From contig NC_091473.1 of NCBI RefSeq assembly GCF_036971445.1, forward strand, positions 216,194,001 through 216,258,000: 64,000 nt of DNA, in the 5' to 3' direction. The translations under genes and the position numbers were made by a program. Every line of letters begins with the position of its first letter. Position 1 is the first letter of the stretch. Under the pieces are notes generated by a model, which had not been told where the DNA came from, searched no databases, and saw nothing but the letters and a program-made list of their open reading frames with translations. The stretch is from Narcine bancroftii (taxonomy: Eukaryota). This document shows, one piece after another, positions 12,675 to 25,869 of this stretch.

Positions 12675-12939
12675 CTATGAGGAAAAGAAAGATTAGAAAT
12701 AAGTTATTGAACAAGCAAATGTGTCCCATCACACTCGGGGCGTGGGTCAGACAAAAGTCTGCAGATGCTGGGAGGTACTCAGAGGTCGCACAGTGACATC
12801 AGTCTGTATATCGTTACCTCCTATGACACTGTGAGACCTGCTGGGTCACTCCAGCACTTCAGCATGAAGCTCCCTGGATACCATCCCATCACCCACTCCC
12901 AGGCCGCGATCACTGGACCCCAGCTCTCTGCCTCGGACC

Positions 12940-15130
12940 CTGTATGTTGTGCACCCTCTGCTGCCTCCCCATCTTCTGGGATTATGTCCATGCCCATGTG
13001 TTCCTGGAAAAGGAGCATGTGCTGGGGACTTTTTTTTTCTTCGCCTTCAGGAGGGCACGTGACTCCCTGTGGTGAATATCAACATTGCCAACTTGTGGGA
13101 GCTGCCTGGTTTCTTTCTGGAGTTATTACATGTCCGGGGTATGGCCGTCTCCTATTGGTGGGTATCGAGGGGTGAGGAGTGGTCCTAGCATATCCGGAAT
13201 TACTATTGGATCCAGGGTCTGAATCCTTTCTTGGGAACTGCTCTGACACAACATGAGCTGCCTTGTGGAGATGCCCACTGTTCGGTCTCATGAGGCACCA
13301 AGGCATTCATTGTATTGAATGTTCCATCTGGACGCACCCTGGTGGTCCGTTTTACTCCCCTGGAGCTGAAGGAGGTCTCTTTACAAGGGAGTCCTCCTCT
13401 GCTACATTGGAGCCCTGGTGTGCAAAATATTGTACCGAACTGGACCATGCAACAGATTTTTTTAAAGTCGGTTTACTGACACCCCAACACCTGCCATTTC
13501 TGCGGCCAGGAGGAAACGGTGTCCCATGTATATATGGAGCGGGAGAGTTCGCAGCCTCTATTTGAATACCCTCAAGCTCTGGTTACATTTCAGTCCCCAC
13601 ATTCCTAATGGGGTGGGGGTGGGGGATGTGGGTCACTTGTAGGACCTCCTGGTCTGTTTTCTCCTGGGCCCGACCAAGTTGGCCATTCATGGGTTCCAGG
13701 CAGTGGGCAGTCGAGGGTTCAGCCCGGGCTGCCTCCCCATCTTCTGGGGTTATGTCCATGTGTTCCTGGAAAAGGAGCATGCGGTGTCCACGGGTACAAC
13801 GGGGGATTTCCAGGACTGGTAGGCACCACAGGGTCTCGAGTGTGTTCTGGACGGTGATGACTGTGTTATAATTTGAGCATGAAATGCTGTAATATTGTAT
13901 TAATGTGATTGATTATAAACCACTTTTGAAAAAGGGAAATTAATAGAGCAAGGGTAATTGTACCCAGCTATCAGCTCTCCACCTCAGGACCCTGCAGAGA
14001 TACCTGTACACTGAGAACCCTTCACGATGGCATACGCTGGTGGCAATTTTCTTCACCAGGGGCACTGCTTTCAGGAGAACACACGACTCACAGCAGTGAA
14101 TATCAACAATGCCGCTCTGTGGGTGCTGCCCAGTCTCTTTTGGGAGTGGCACAGTTGATGTAGTGGTTGCCACATTCCCTTTATAGCATCAGCAAATGGG
14201 ACCATGGTTCCACACTGTCTGCAAGGAGTTTGTACGTCCTCCCCATGTCTGCAACGGTTTTTCCTGGGTGCTCCGGTTTCCTCCCACCATTGGAAACGTA
14301 CCTGGTGGGGTGGGAGGGGGGGGGGGGTGTTGGTTAATCGGGCAGCACGGACTCATGGGCCAAAATGGCCTGTTACTGTGCTGCATGTCTAAATTAAAAA
14401 AAATTATTGAGTTGCTGTGTTTGGGGCATGGTTGCCTCCGGTCGGAGTGCTCCTTCGCCAGCAGAGAGGAGTGTTCTGGCTGTGGGAGAGGCCAGTCCTT
14501 ATCCCGTCGCTGTGGGTATCAAGGTGTGGGGAGATTTCAGCTGCGCTGGCCCCATCGTTCATTACTCACTGGACCCAGGACCCGAAATCTTTCCCACAAG
14601 CTGCCTGTGGAAATGCCCACTTGTGCCATTTTGCAATGCGTCGGCATATTGTCCACTTCCTTGCCCTCACTTTCCATCCACACGCACCGCGGTAGTCTGT
14701 TTCCCATCTGGAAATGAGGGAGGTCCCCAGTGGAGGTTTCTTTACAATGGAGTCCTCCACTTTTACTTTGGAGACCCGGGGTGGAAAACATTACACAGAA
14801 CAGCCTCGAGTGATTGATTCTTAAGTCGGATTATAGACTCCCTGACTGCTTGTCATTTCTGTGTCCGGGAGGAGATAGCGTACCAGGGATATACTGAGTG
14901 TGACAGGTTGCAGCCTCTATTTGAAGGAGCTGCTCCACAGGTTCTGGCTATATTTCAGTTCCATGCTCCTGATCTTCAGTCACCCAATAGGGGGGGGGGG
15001 GGGGTTTGTGAGGGAGATTTCCTGGTTGGTTTGTTTCTGGGCTGATAGATAGTTAGATTGTGGACAGTTGAGGGTTCAGCCCAGGCTGATGGTCTGCCCC
15101 CTTCTGGGGTTACATCCATGTCTGTGTGTC
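12940..15130. repeat. Locally duplicated fragments of an unclassified interspersed repeat
   Basis: cttctggg(g/a)ttat/catccatg at ~12972, ~13740, ~15100; 13200-13600 resembles 14580-14970. Confidence 0.55.
14190..14405 (+). mobile_element. V-SINE-like element
   Basis: V-domain core ggagtttgtacgtcctcccc...gggtgctccggtttcctcccac. Confidence 0.7.
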
Positions 15131-15142
15131 TCAGGAGAAGCT

Positions 15143-15375
15143 TTAGACATACAGCAAGATCACAGGCCATTTCAGCCCACGAGTCCATGCCGCCCAATTT
15201 ACACCCCATTAACTCACAGCACCCGGTACGCTTTGAATGGTGGGAGGAAACCAGAGCCCCCAGGGAAAACCCACACAGACACGAGGAGAACGTACAAACT
15301 CCTTACAGAGAGTGCAGATTCAAAGCACAGTCCCGATGCCGGCGTTGGGCAAAACGCTACGTCAACCATGCCACT
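15143..15375 (-). mobile_element. V-SINE-like element
   Basis: Reverse V-domain core tgggaggaaaccagagc...gtacaaactcc. Confidence 0.7.
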
Positions 15376-15524
15376 ATTGGATGCCACAGGGGTTCTTGTG
15401 TGATCTGAGAAGTGATGACTGTTATAATTAGAACCTGTAAATAGTTTGCATCTTGGAGTTCAATACCTGTGTATTAATGTGACCTTGCATAAGTACTGAA
15501 AATATCACCCTTTTTAAAGTGAAA

Positions 15525-15800
15525 ATATGGGCATAGGTCAGAGGGAACCTCTCTCTAAATGTCCCATCGCACACTTCCAGGGCATGGGTCAGATCCAGGG
15601 AAAACCTCCCACTACATTGTCCCATCACACACTCCCAGGGCTCGGGTCAGACCCAGGGGGAACCTCCCTCTACATCATCCCATCGCACACTCCCAGGGCA
15701 CAGGGCAAACCCAGGGGAAACCTCCCACTAAATGTCTCATCACACACTCCCAGGACATGGGTCAGACCCAGGGGAACTTCCCTCTACACCGTCCCATCAT
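15525..15800 (+). repeat. About 57-bp interspersed minisatellite (cccatcacacactcccagggcacgggtcagacccag...ctccctctacac)
   Basis: About 5 degenerate units; same family at 33160-33345, 38240-38480, 39905-40310 and 41950-42260. Confidence 0.85.
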
Positions 15801-15827
15801 ACAGTTCTGATTTGATTCAACACTTAC

Positions 15828-15902
15828 CTTATTTTTTCCATGAGCTGTTGGTTTTTCATCCTTCAGTTCCTCGTAAATGTCTGCATTTTCTTTCTGCATT
15901 TG
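15828..15902 (-). CDS. FCER1G: FCER1G extra exon 4 (75 nt): QMQKENADIYEELKDEKPTAHGKNK (alternative acceptor would start at 15893)
   Basis: Unique stop-free island between two tandem arrays; TAG acceptor; perfect AAG|GTAAGT donor; phase 0-0; contains DIYEEL. Confidence 0.8.
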
Positions 15903-15939
15903 CTAATTAGGACACACAGACCGATTAAATTATGCACAT

Positions 15940-17045
15940 GGAACAGTCCGTACCCCATCACAGGGGATTAACCCTCTCCCCACCCACACACAGGTCAGTT
16001 CGTTCTCCATTGCAGGGGATTAACCCTCTCCCCACCATCATGGGACCATCCATTCCCCATCACAGGGAATTAACCCTCTCCCCAACCACACATGGGTCAG
16101 TCTGTTCTCCATTCCAAGGGATTAACCCTCCCCCCACCCTCATGGGACCGTCCATTCCCCATCACAAGGGATTAACCCTCTCCCCAACCACACACGGGTA
16201 AGTCTGTTCTCCACTGCAGGGGGATTAACCCTCTCCCCACCCAACCATGGGTCAGTCCCCCATCACAGGGGATTAACCCTCTCCCCACCCTCATCAGACC
16301 GTCCATTCCCCGTAGCAGGAGATTAACCCTCTCCCCATCCACACACAGGACAGTTTTTCCCAATGCAGGGGATTAACCCTCTCCCCACCCTAATCGGACC
16401 GTCCATTCCCCATCACAGGGGATTAACCCACTCCCCACCCTCATGGGACCATCCATTTCCCATCGCAGGGGATTAACCCTCTCCCCACCCAAACACGGGT
16501 CAGTCCATTCCCCATCACAGGGGATTAACCCTCTCCCCACCCTCATGGGACTGTTTATTCCCCATCGCAGGGGATTAACCCACTCCCCACCCACACACGG
16601 GTCGGTCCCTTCCCCATCATAGGGGATTAACCCTCTCCCCACCCTCATCGGACCATCCATTCCACATAGCAGGAGATTAACCCTCTCCCCACCCACACAC
16701 AGGACAGTCTGTCCCCATCACAGGGGATTAACCCTCTCCCCACCCACACTCAGGACAGTCCGTTCCCCATCGCAGGGAATTAACCCTCTCCCAACCCACA
16801 CACGGGTCAGTCCATTCCCCATTGCAGGGGATTAACCCTCTCCCCACCCACACACGGGTCAGTCCGTTCCCCATCACAGGAGATTAATCCTCTCCCCACC
16901 CTCATGGGATCGTCCATTCCCCAGGGGAGGGTATTAACCCTCTCCCCACCCACACAAGGGGCAGTCTGACCCCAGGGGAGAGGATTAACTCTCCCAATCC
17001 AAATGTGACAGCCCGTTCTGCACTGGAGGGGGTTAATCCTCTCCC
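15940..17045 (+). repeat. About 52-bp tandem repeat filling FCER1G intron 3
   Basis: About 20 units of ccccatcacaggggattaaccctctccccaccc...gtccattc. Confidence 0.93.
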
Positions 17046-17122
17046 TATAGTGGGAGAGTAGTGTCAGTCTTGAAATGGAGGGGGTTCTGTCTCGCAAGTC
17101 CTCCCTGGCTCTCCTGCCTTAC

Positions 17123-17173
17123 CTCATAATTAGAGACATTCGCTGATGGTTTACTCTTCTTCCGCTCTAAGAT
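17123..17173 (-). CDS. FCER1G: FCER1G exon 3 (51 nt): ILERKKSKPSANVSNYE
   Basis: Equivalent of mammalian IQVRKAAITSYE; CAG and GTAAGG boundaries; phase 0-0. Confidence 0.9.
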
Positions 17174-17435
17174 CTGTGTTGATTCATGAGGAAGGTCGAA
17201 GTGAGTCTTTGACATGTACAGAAATTGAATACCCAACTCTTAAAAGCAAGCAAAATGGCAGGAGGGGCCATACTGCGCCTCCAATCGGGCCCCATGCGGC
17301 TGATCTGAAACCTCAGCTCCCCTCCCCAGCCACTTCTCTTGGATGCCCTTAATAGTCCCAAACTCAGTGACTTATCCTATCAATCTTTTGACAGAGATTG
17401 TAAAACCATGAAAATCTGTAGGCACTGTGGCTAAA

Positions 17436-17570
17436 GTAAAAACACAATGCTGGAGAAACTCAACTGGTCAAATAATGTCCTTTATATAGCAAAGGTTTTG
17501 ATAAAGGACTCAAGACGATATAAAGGACACCGTTTGACCTGCTGAGTTTCTCCAGTTTTATGTTTTTTTC
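17436..17570. mobile_element. Fold-back (inverted-repeat) element, probably Penelope-derived; relatives at ~18530-18630, ~37575-37690, ~62835-62930
   Basis: gctggagaaactca..ggtcaaa...gtcctttatat paired with atataaaggacaccgtttgacctgctgagtttctccag. Confidence 0.65.
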
Positions 17571-17953
17571 CCTCAATAGAGGAGTCCCACAGTTTCTGCA
17601 GGCAAGAATCCCAAAGATACCCCTCAGGAGGAAGAGATTTCTCTCATCTTTGCCTTGAACAGCCAACCACCCCCCACCCAACTCTGAGACTAACCCCCTG
17701 GTTCTATTTACCCCTCACCCTCAACTTATTGTTTTGAAGAGAACGTTCCATTCTTTTAAAGTGCGTTAGTGAGTTAAAGAAAGGATGTGAGTTAAGAGCA
17801 AATGACTCAAGGACCCCTCTCTCCCTGCACGCTGTGTCACTGACTGCATCCCCACTGATATCATTTCACCCTCCCTTGTACTGTCCGTCAGTGACTGCTC
17901 TCCCCCAGCACCCCGTGTCATTGCCTGTACTCTTCCTGATATTAACTCCTCAC

Positions 17954-18045
17954 CTTCAGACGACAGTACAGAGCTGTTAACACCGTTCCGTAGACAAAGA
18001 GAATGGCATCCAGCACATAACAAATCTCGGGTTCCTGCAGTCCAG
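17954..18045 (-). CDS. FCER1G: FCER1G exon 2 (92 nt), transmembrane: (A)[30 protein letters not shown]
   Basis: Matches FcR gamma TM [27 protein letters not shown], including the dimerising Cys and intramembrane Asp; AG and GTGAGG boundaries. Confidence 0.97.
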
Positions 18046-19113
18046 CTGCCCAGAGAGAGGAAGAGGTGAATATGGTTCTGGCTCAAAGAAGACAGGAATC
18101 GACGAGATATTCCCAGTGTCTCTGGTCCTATCACCCACCCTCCCCATGTTACGCTCTCTTTCTCTCTCTACTCTCTCTCTCTCATTTTCCTTGTCCCCTC
18201 TTTCTCTTCTGTCTCCCGTCTTCCCTTGTCTCTTCTCTCTCCTCTCTCCATCCCTTGCTCTGCCTCCCTCTGTCGTTAACACCACTCTCCAGCCAGACAG
18301 TATTAACGTCGGCCTCCAGTTTCTGCTAGCCGACTCTCCATTCTCCCTCCCTTCCCTCCCTCTCACTTTGTCCAGCTCTCCGCAGCCTTTCCTCTTCATT
18401 CACAAAGCCATCCCTCTTCCCCTCACTTGCCAGTGTGCCCTCCCTCATCCATCTATTCCCTCCTGCCTTTGGGACCTGTGCTCCTCCTCCCCCTCCACCA
18501 TTTTGTTCAGACACCTGCCAACATTTTTTCATACCTTAACGAAGGGTTCAAGCCCAAAATGTTGATTACATATCATTGCTACATAGAGGACACTGTTTGA
18601 CCTGCTGAGTTTCTCCAGTAATGTATTTTTACTTTGTGATGGAATTGTGTTATTATTATTCTTTAGTATCATATATATTTCAGAAAAGGCTTTGTGGGTG
18701 GACAGTGACAGAGACACTCTTAGAGACACACACAATTACACACAATTTTCAGGGACTCTGCCTCTGGAAAAACAGAGCAATAAAAAAAAGCTGGAACAGT
18801 AGTGTTTGCGTGTACACAAAGAGGACTACTGCTTCAATGATCAGTGTACACAAACCTGGCTCTTTGTGGCTTCAGCAGACAATTTGGAACTTTTGGAAGA
18901 GGTGAGACTTGAAACAGAAGCAGAAGTGATGATCAAAGCAAGTGATTAAGGACATTTGAAAAGCTGCATTTTAATATTACACCAAGACACATCTGAGGTC
19001 AAAATGCAATGAGGTTCTGTGAGGAAAGAACTACTTGTGTTCTCCTTGTCAAGGGAGGAACACAAAATTGTCATGGCTTTGGAAAGGATGGCTACTTTGT
19101 GGCTTCTCTTGGT

Positions 19114-19146
<33 letters not shown>

Positions 19147-19694
19147 AGTGTTGCAGTGGGATTTTAAATAGCCACTGGTGACTGACTTAATTGTGGGTAA
19201 AAGAAAGCAATATCATTCTTATGAATCGTAACCATTGAGATGGTTACTTCTTCAGACTCGTACATGGGAAATCATCGTGGGAAACACAGATACTGAAACC
19301 TCAATGCAAGGGGTGGGAATCATTTATATGAAGAAACAATTCTCTGAAAAGAACTCTACCAGAATTCTGGGAGTTTTGAGAAGTCTCGGGCCTCACACCT
19401 ACTCCACAATTACTTTTGTGCAACAATTTAAAGTCGGAATTTCAACACAAAACGGACTGAACTTTAAAAGTTGATTCTTTTTACACTCATACCCAAACTG
19501 TAATGGTTTTGGGACCTGCCCCCTCTCCCCCCACAAACACACTTGTGCACAGTGAGGGTAAGTAAAGAAAGAAAAGAAGAAACGTTTAGAGTTAAGTAAG
19601 AAGTGTTATATTTTGAAGATACCATTGTCTTGGTGAATTTCTAATGCTGCTGGACCAAGAGGTAACAACTTCAACCATGGTGTCTACACACTTT

Positions 19695-20275
19695 CATGAT
19701 TTTTCTCTCTCATGCCTCTCCCTCTTTTGTCTTTCTCCTCATGTCTCTTTCTTTCCCCCATCCTCCGTGTCTGTCTCTCTCTCTCTACACCTCCCCTTTT
19801 CTTTCTGTCTGTTTCTCTCTCCCTCCCTGACTCTCTCATTCTGTCATGCTCTTCTTTCTCCTGCCTTTCTCACTCTGTCTCTCCCTCCCTACTCTATCCT
19901 CCCTCTGTCTCTTTCACTTTCTCCTGTCTTTCCCCCCTCCCCGTCTCTCTCCAGAATGTCTCTCAAGCTTCCTCCTCTGTCTCGTTCCTTTGTCCTCCCT
20001 CACTTTATTCCTCCTCCCTGTGCCCCCTCTCATGTCTCTCTCACTCCTTTCTGTCCTCGATCTCTCTCCCTCCCCTCTCTCTCCTCATTCTCCTTTCTCT
20101 ATCTCTCGCTCCTCTTCCTCCCCAGTCTCTCGCTCTTCCATCTCACTCTGTATCGCTTGCTGTCTCTTTCTCCTCTCTTTTCTGCCTTATGCCTCTCTCT
20201 CGTCTTTTGCACTTACTCCTCTCGTTCCTCTCTCCTCTTTCTCACTCTTGTTCCTCTCTCCCTCTGGTCTCCCCT
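19695..20275. repeat. CT-rich low-complexity tract
   Basis: Nearly pure pyrimidine on +. Confidence 0.85.
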
Positions 20276-21361
20276 TAACCATTTCAGTTAGGCTGGAGAG
20301 AAGCTCCTGGGACAAGGAAAGTAGTTCTGGGGATGGCACGATGTGTACTGGCAGACAGAGCTGTGGGCCTTGCCCCCTGAGGAGTGAAACCAGTCTGGCC
20401 GGGAAATGGGAAGTTGAGCAGAAAGGTAGAGAAAGAAAGGCTGGAATGTAGTCATGCTGTGCCAAGTGTGTAACCTCAGTGCAGGAGGTGGTGAACAAGG
20501 TGATGGAGCTGAGAGAACATAGATGCATGACAACAGCTGTGACTGAAGAGGTCAGGTCTGGATGCTTCCCATTCCCTGTGAGAGGGATACGGTGAGGGGC
20601 TGGGAAAAGGAAGACAGGGAACGACTGGCTCATGGAACAATCATGTGTATCCAGGAACAGGCCAATCAGCCCCTCTAGTCGTCTCTGCTGTTTCACGATA
20701 TCCTACATGATCCAACCATAACCTCAATCCCATCCCACCCATCACCAGTGACCTTTCACCCTCTCCTAACAAAAACCTTGACTTAAAAATATTCAAATTC
20801 TCTGCATCCACTGGCCTTTGAGGAAGAGAATTCCAAAAACTCACCACCAAGAGAAACAAGTCCATCTTCATTGGATGTCCCCTTGATGGTAACTTCTCAA
20901 TTTCACCCCTTCCCTCCTTCTCCTCGATGAAATGCCCTCTCAGGTCTCTTGGCCTCTAATGGGTTTCAACAGTCCTCTCTCCCTTTTCTACAGTGGAACA
21001 GACAATCCACCCCCCCCACCCCCCTGCCCCCACCAGTGCTGGGAACAGTTCTGTCCAATACTTCCTTCAAAAAGCTGCCCATTCCGGTTGTAGGGTCAGA
21101 GATGTCAGACACATCACCAAATGAGGCCAATGGGATTCCTGTTGACCCAGGGAGGGTCATTCATCCTGCTGAGTCAACGGCAGTCACAGAGCAATCACTA
21201 ATTTCCCTGTAACATTCTCAACTTCCTGCTAGCCTCCGTAGATTCCATCCCCTCTCACTAAGTGAAGTTAACAATGTCCATTTAACCCACTGAAAGATGG
21301 GAGGAAAATGGACAACCTGGGAAAAATTTACTGGGAGAGGATTCAAACTCCACCAGGACAT

Positions 21362-21939
21362 CTGTGTACCAAGAACATTTAATATTCCTGCTTGTTTTGG
21401 TCACAGACTGTCAGAGGCCTAACCTTGATGGAAAATAAACCATTGTATTCAAAGTGATAAGCTGAAAATTACGTTATTCGATAGAAGCCTAGGCATGCTA
21501 GCTTGCTCGCTTATCTTTCTTACTGTGCTGGGAATAGGTGCTTAGGTAAGCAGTTTTTGGGTAATATAAGCCATGGTCCCGCTGCTGAAGTTTGAGACTC
21601 TCCGAGAGGTGGCAACATCTCTCAGCAAGAAGAAGAACTTCTAGAGTCCAGTTAACATCCCGGTCGAGGGAGGTGGAGAAGCTGCTACCGGCGCCCCGAC
21701 AACCTACTACAAGTGTGTGGTCGTTGCCTCGCTTCGGCAGTTGGGACCAGTCCAGGCATTGATAAGAATAATTGGGAAGGGCTAGCATATTGTAGTGTGA
21801 ATTCAGCTTTAGATTTAGTAATAAAGACTTGTATAAACTGAACTGCTCTCGGTGTGTGTGTCTATTTTCTTTCGGTAGTTCAAACACTGTGACCAATTTA
21901 AAACGAACAAAGTGAGAGGTACAAGTTTACCCAGGACAT
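21362..21939 (+). mobile_element. Putative LTR-like insertion
   Basis: TG start at 21363, internal AATAAA followed by a GT-rich tract; ccaggacat direct repeat at 21353-21361 and 21931-21939. Confidence 0.4.
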
Positions 21940-23204
21940 ACCTAGAAGGCTAAAACTTGATGCTAATTTACTTTTTGAACTTCCTAATGAGCTCCGGTCA
22001 GAGCCATCATTATGACCCAATTCCAATGACTCACGTGGTTTCGCCTGCACGCGCTACAAGCACGTACTGTTATTTTTGTTGCTGCTGGTGTTTATATGGT
22101 CGCTGTTTTTGACATAAATCTGGTGTTTTAGCAACAATATTGTGGTCATTAATATCTGTGAACCGAGATCAATAACTTTTTTGAGAATGTAAAATCAACA
22201 TAATTTTGATGTAGTTCTTAAACACTTATTTCAAATTCTATTGTTTTCTTACTGAATTTTCACTTTAACCACATGAAACGATGTAAATGTAAATACATTT
22301 AGGCTGTGTGTATGATGTTGGAATTTAAAGGTGTAATTTTAATTTTGCTAGCTGTTTATCTCACTCCTATTGTCTTTACATTCAGTGATACACGGGAATT
22401 ATGATTTATGAGTAGCATTTTAGTACAAAAAAAATTACTGAAGATAAAAGAACATAAGAAATAGGAACAGGAGTCGCCCATCCTGCCCATCGAGCCTGCT
22501 CCGCCATTCAATAAGATCATGGCCTATCTGATCATTGACTCAACTCCACCGACCTGCCTTTCCCCCATATCCCTTAATTCTTTTTTTTATGTAAAAATCT
22601 AACTGAACCTTAAATATTTAACGAAGTAGCTTCAATCTCCTCTCTGTATGGTCTGGTATGAGAGGAAGCCCATGGTTGGGGGTGGGGGGGCGGGGAAACG
22701 TGCTGCTGACACCACGAGTTAAAGCGCTGGGTGACATCAACCCTAGTGATGCCACTGGTTTCCGGTGTCAGGCTGGGGTCTGGCTGAAGAATCCTGGAGC
22801 CATGAAGTCATGATTCTACTCACTGACACTGTGCAGCTATCAAAGTAAAAACAAAGGGCCGGAACAAAGGGCACCACAGACCTCCACACAGACACAAATG
22901 GAAGGGAGAATTTATGGACAGATTTCTGACCACCACACAAAGTTTGGAAAAGGACGTTGGGAAATTTTAATTTCTGTATTAACTGGGGTGTAAACTGTGA
23001 TCATAATTCCCAGTTACCTCCAGAAGGTATACAGCAAGCAGGGCAATTCTTGTGGGGTGATGCTGGGCAGGTTGGAGGAAGATCTGTAGGGGAGCATTTT
23101 GGTAGTAGTGATCAGAATTCAGGAGATTCAACACAGTTATGGGAAAATACAAAGATAAAAGTAGTAGAGTTCCTGGCTTTACCAGACTGACATGACGCAG
23201 CACA

Positions 23205-23460
23205 AGTGGGCGGCCAGTTTGGCGTATCGGTTACCACATTGCTTTTACAGTGCCAGCGACTGGGACAGGGGGTTGAATTCCGCACTGTCTGTGAGGAGTT
23301 TTTATGTTCTCCCGTATCAGTGTGGGGGTTTTCTCCAGTGGGCTCTGGTTTCCTCTCACTGTTCAAAACATACTGGGATGTCAGTTAAATGGGTTTAAAT
23401 TGGGCAGCACAGACTCATGGTCCGAAATGGCCTGTCACCATGCTGTGTGTGTACATATTT
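23205..23460 (+). mobile_element. V-SINE-like element with tRNA-like head
   Basis: A/B-box-like head (tggcgtatcggtt...ggttgaattcc) plus V core. Confidence 0.65.
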
Positions 23461-23594
23461 TTAAAAATTGGTTTAAAAGTGGATGGGAGGAGGATCGGTG
23501 AAGGGAGGTGGGTCGTGGATAATGGAAAGTGTTTAAGGAGGAGGTTCAAGGGAGTCAAGATAAACACATATCCATAAAAAAACCCATGTCCCGA

Positions 23595-24280
23595 TCCTCC
23601 TGAGTGACAGATTAGAAGGTAAAGAAGGTTGGGATTCATTTCTACAGGAATATTATACACTGTAAGAGCAGAGATGCAATGTTGAGGTGCTATAGGCCAC
23701 TGGCGAGACCTCACTTGAGAACTGTGTACAATTTTGGGCTCCTCATTTGAGAAAAGACATGGTGGCGTTGGACAGAATTTACTAGAATAAAAACAGGATT
23801 GAAAGGTTTAGCACATGAGGAACATTTGTCAGCTCTGGGACTGTACTCATTGGAGCACAGAAGGATGGGTGTGGGGGGGGGGGGGGGTGGTTTGAACGCT
23901 AAAAGGCCTGGATAGAGTAGATGTGGCAATGTTTTCTCCCCATGGTCGTGGATTCCAGGACAAGAGGGCACAACCTCAGGATAAAAGGGTGTCAATTTAA
24001 ACTGGAAAAGTGGAAAAAATTCTTTAGCTAGAGGGCCATGAGTCTATGGAAACAACCTATTGTTCTGGATTTTTAGTGGAGAGCATAAACTGTTTATGGT
24101 TGGGACTCCATGGTGTATTTAAGCCAAAGATTGACATATACTTGATTAGGCAGGGCATCAAGACTTCTGGGGTGAAAGCCGGAGAGAGGGGGTGAATGGG
24201 GAGGGAGGGGGAAAGAGATGGATCAGGACATGGGAAAATGCCAGAGCAGATGATTAGCCCACTTCTGCTCCTCTATCTTT
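23595..24280 (+). mobile_element. Decayed CR1 LINE 3' fragment
   Basis: RPHLExCVQFW-like and LGLYSLE-like remnants. Confidence 0.7.
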
Positions 24281-25869
24281 TGATCTTGTGAAGGGAAGGA
24301 TGTTCAACTTCAACAACACAAGGACTGAGGTACAGTGAGAAATTTTGTTTTGCAGCCACCCCAGTTGGCTCAGGTTTGAATCTGCCCCTGTCTGTAAGTA
24401 GTTTGTGTTGTTGCAAACTTGTTTTTTTAGGGAGCATTACTTTGGCGGTTGGCTCAGGGTGCAAAAACACTCTCAGATTTCATAACAACATTTTTCAAGA
24501 CAGCCTGACACCATGGAGTCCCAACCATAAACAGTTTATGTTCTCCACTAAAAATCCAGAACAATGGATTGTTTACCCAAGGAAAGACATCTGGTGAGAG
24601 AGAAGTCATGATTCTGAGTCATTTTTTGAGACTGAAACAGAAATCAGTATCCTCAGCAAGTCATCTAAAGACACTGAAGTGAAGCCTTCGTGGGAAATGG
24701 AACTTCTGCTGCTTGTCTTTGCCAGGAAAAAGTGAACCATTGTAATGGCCATTTTGCTCGATCTACATCTGGGTGAAAACACCAGGAGAATTGTTTCATT
24801 GGACCATGAGCATTTTGATGGTCATTTCATCTGTCTCTTGCCTTGTGGAAGTCACACATATAATTTCCCCTACACAAGGAAGAGGGGAGTTTTGACAACC
24901 ATTCGTATGAAAGAACATTTCTCTGGAAGCCACTTGACAAGAATTCATGAGATTTTTGGCAATCCGATCACTCAGTCTCTCACCTCCTTCGTATTTACTT
25001 CTGAACATCAACTTAAAAATTCGAGTTTCAAAATGGGAGTTCTAAGACTGAACTTTGGGAATCGACTTTTCAGAATTGTGCCTCACCTCTAATGGTTTGA
25101 GTAATCCACACCCATATACATATATAGGCAGATTTGTGCATAATGGGGTTAAGTTTAGATTTAAGTAAGATGTTATATTATTAGTAAATTAAAATATTGT
25201 TTTAAAAATAAGATTGCCATGGTGAATTTCTATTCCTGCTGGGCTGACGTCACAGTATGCTCTCCTCACATCTGTATGGACTTCCTCCCACCCTCCAAAT
25301 CGCTAGGGAGTTAGTCAGTTAATTGGGTGGCACAGGTTTTATGGGGTAGAAGGGTCTTCTACTGTGGTGCATTGTTAAAATTCAACCAGCGCTCAGACCA
25401 GTGGGTTTGAAGAGCATAGACTAGCTGGCACAGACAGCTGGCACAGACAGGAAGGGTCAAACTAACTGGCACAGACAGGAAGGGTCAAACAGCTACCTTG
25501 ATTTAAAAAAATTCTGATTTTTTTTCCCCCTCTCCACCTTTGTTTCACCCCTCAATCCACCTCTCCTTTCAATCTCTCTTCCTCTCTGACCTCCTGGTCT
25601 GTCTGCCTCCCTCTCCCCTCCCCCACCTTTCTGGGTGAGAAAAACTGCAAGGTTTATTTTTTGCCTCTCATGTGAAAGCACTCTCATTGTTTGCAACAAT
25701 TCAGAGTGTGGAAACAGCAGAACCACAAATTGTGTCTGGCTGTTCCTGTCTCTTCCCCCCACCCCCCAACGATGCCTCGACAAGAGGGCCGATCAGGCAA
25801 GGACTGGTAGGGCGAGGGAGTTGTCATCCAGTGCGTTTTGCGCCACCTACCCTCACTTTGGGATTGGCA

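Noticed and set aside
17954-18045. Calling the adaptor gene CD247 (CD3zeta)
   Set aside because: TM residues (DAIL, YCRLK), the 21-nt microexon and NDUFS2 adjacency fit FCER1G better
19644-20451. Hydrophobic Ser/Leu/Pro-rich ORFs of about 200 aa
   Set aside because: Translation of a CT-rich low-complexity tract
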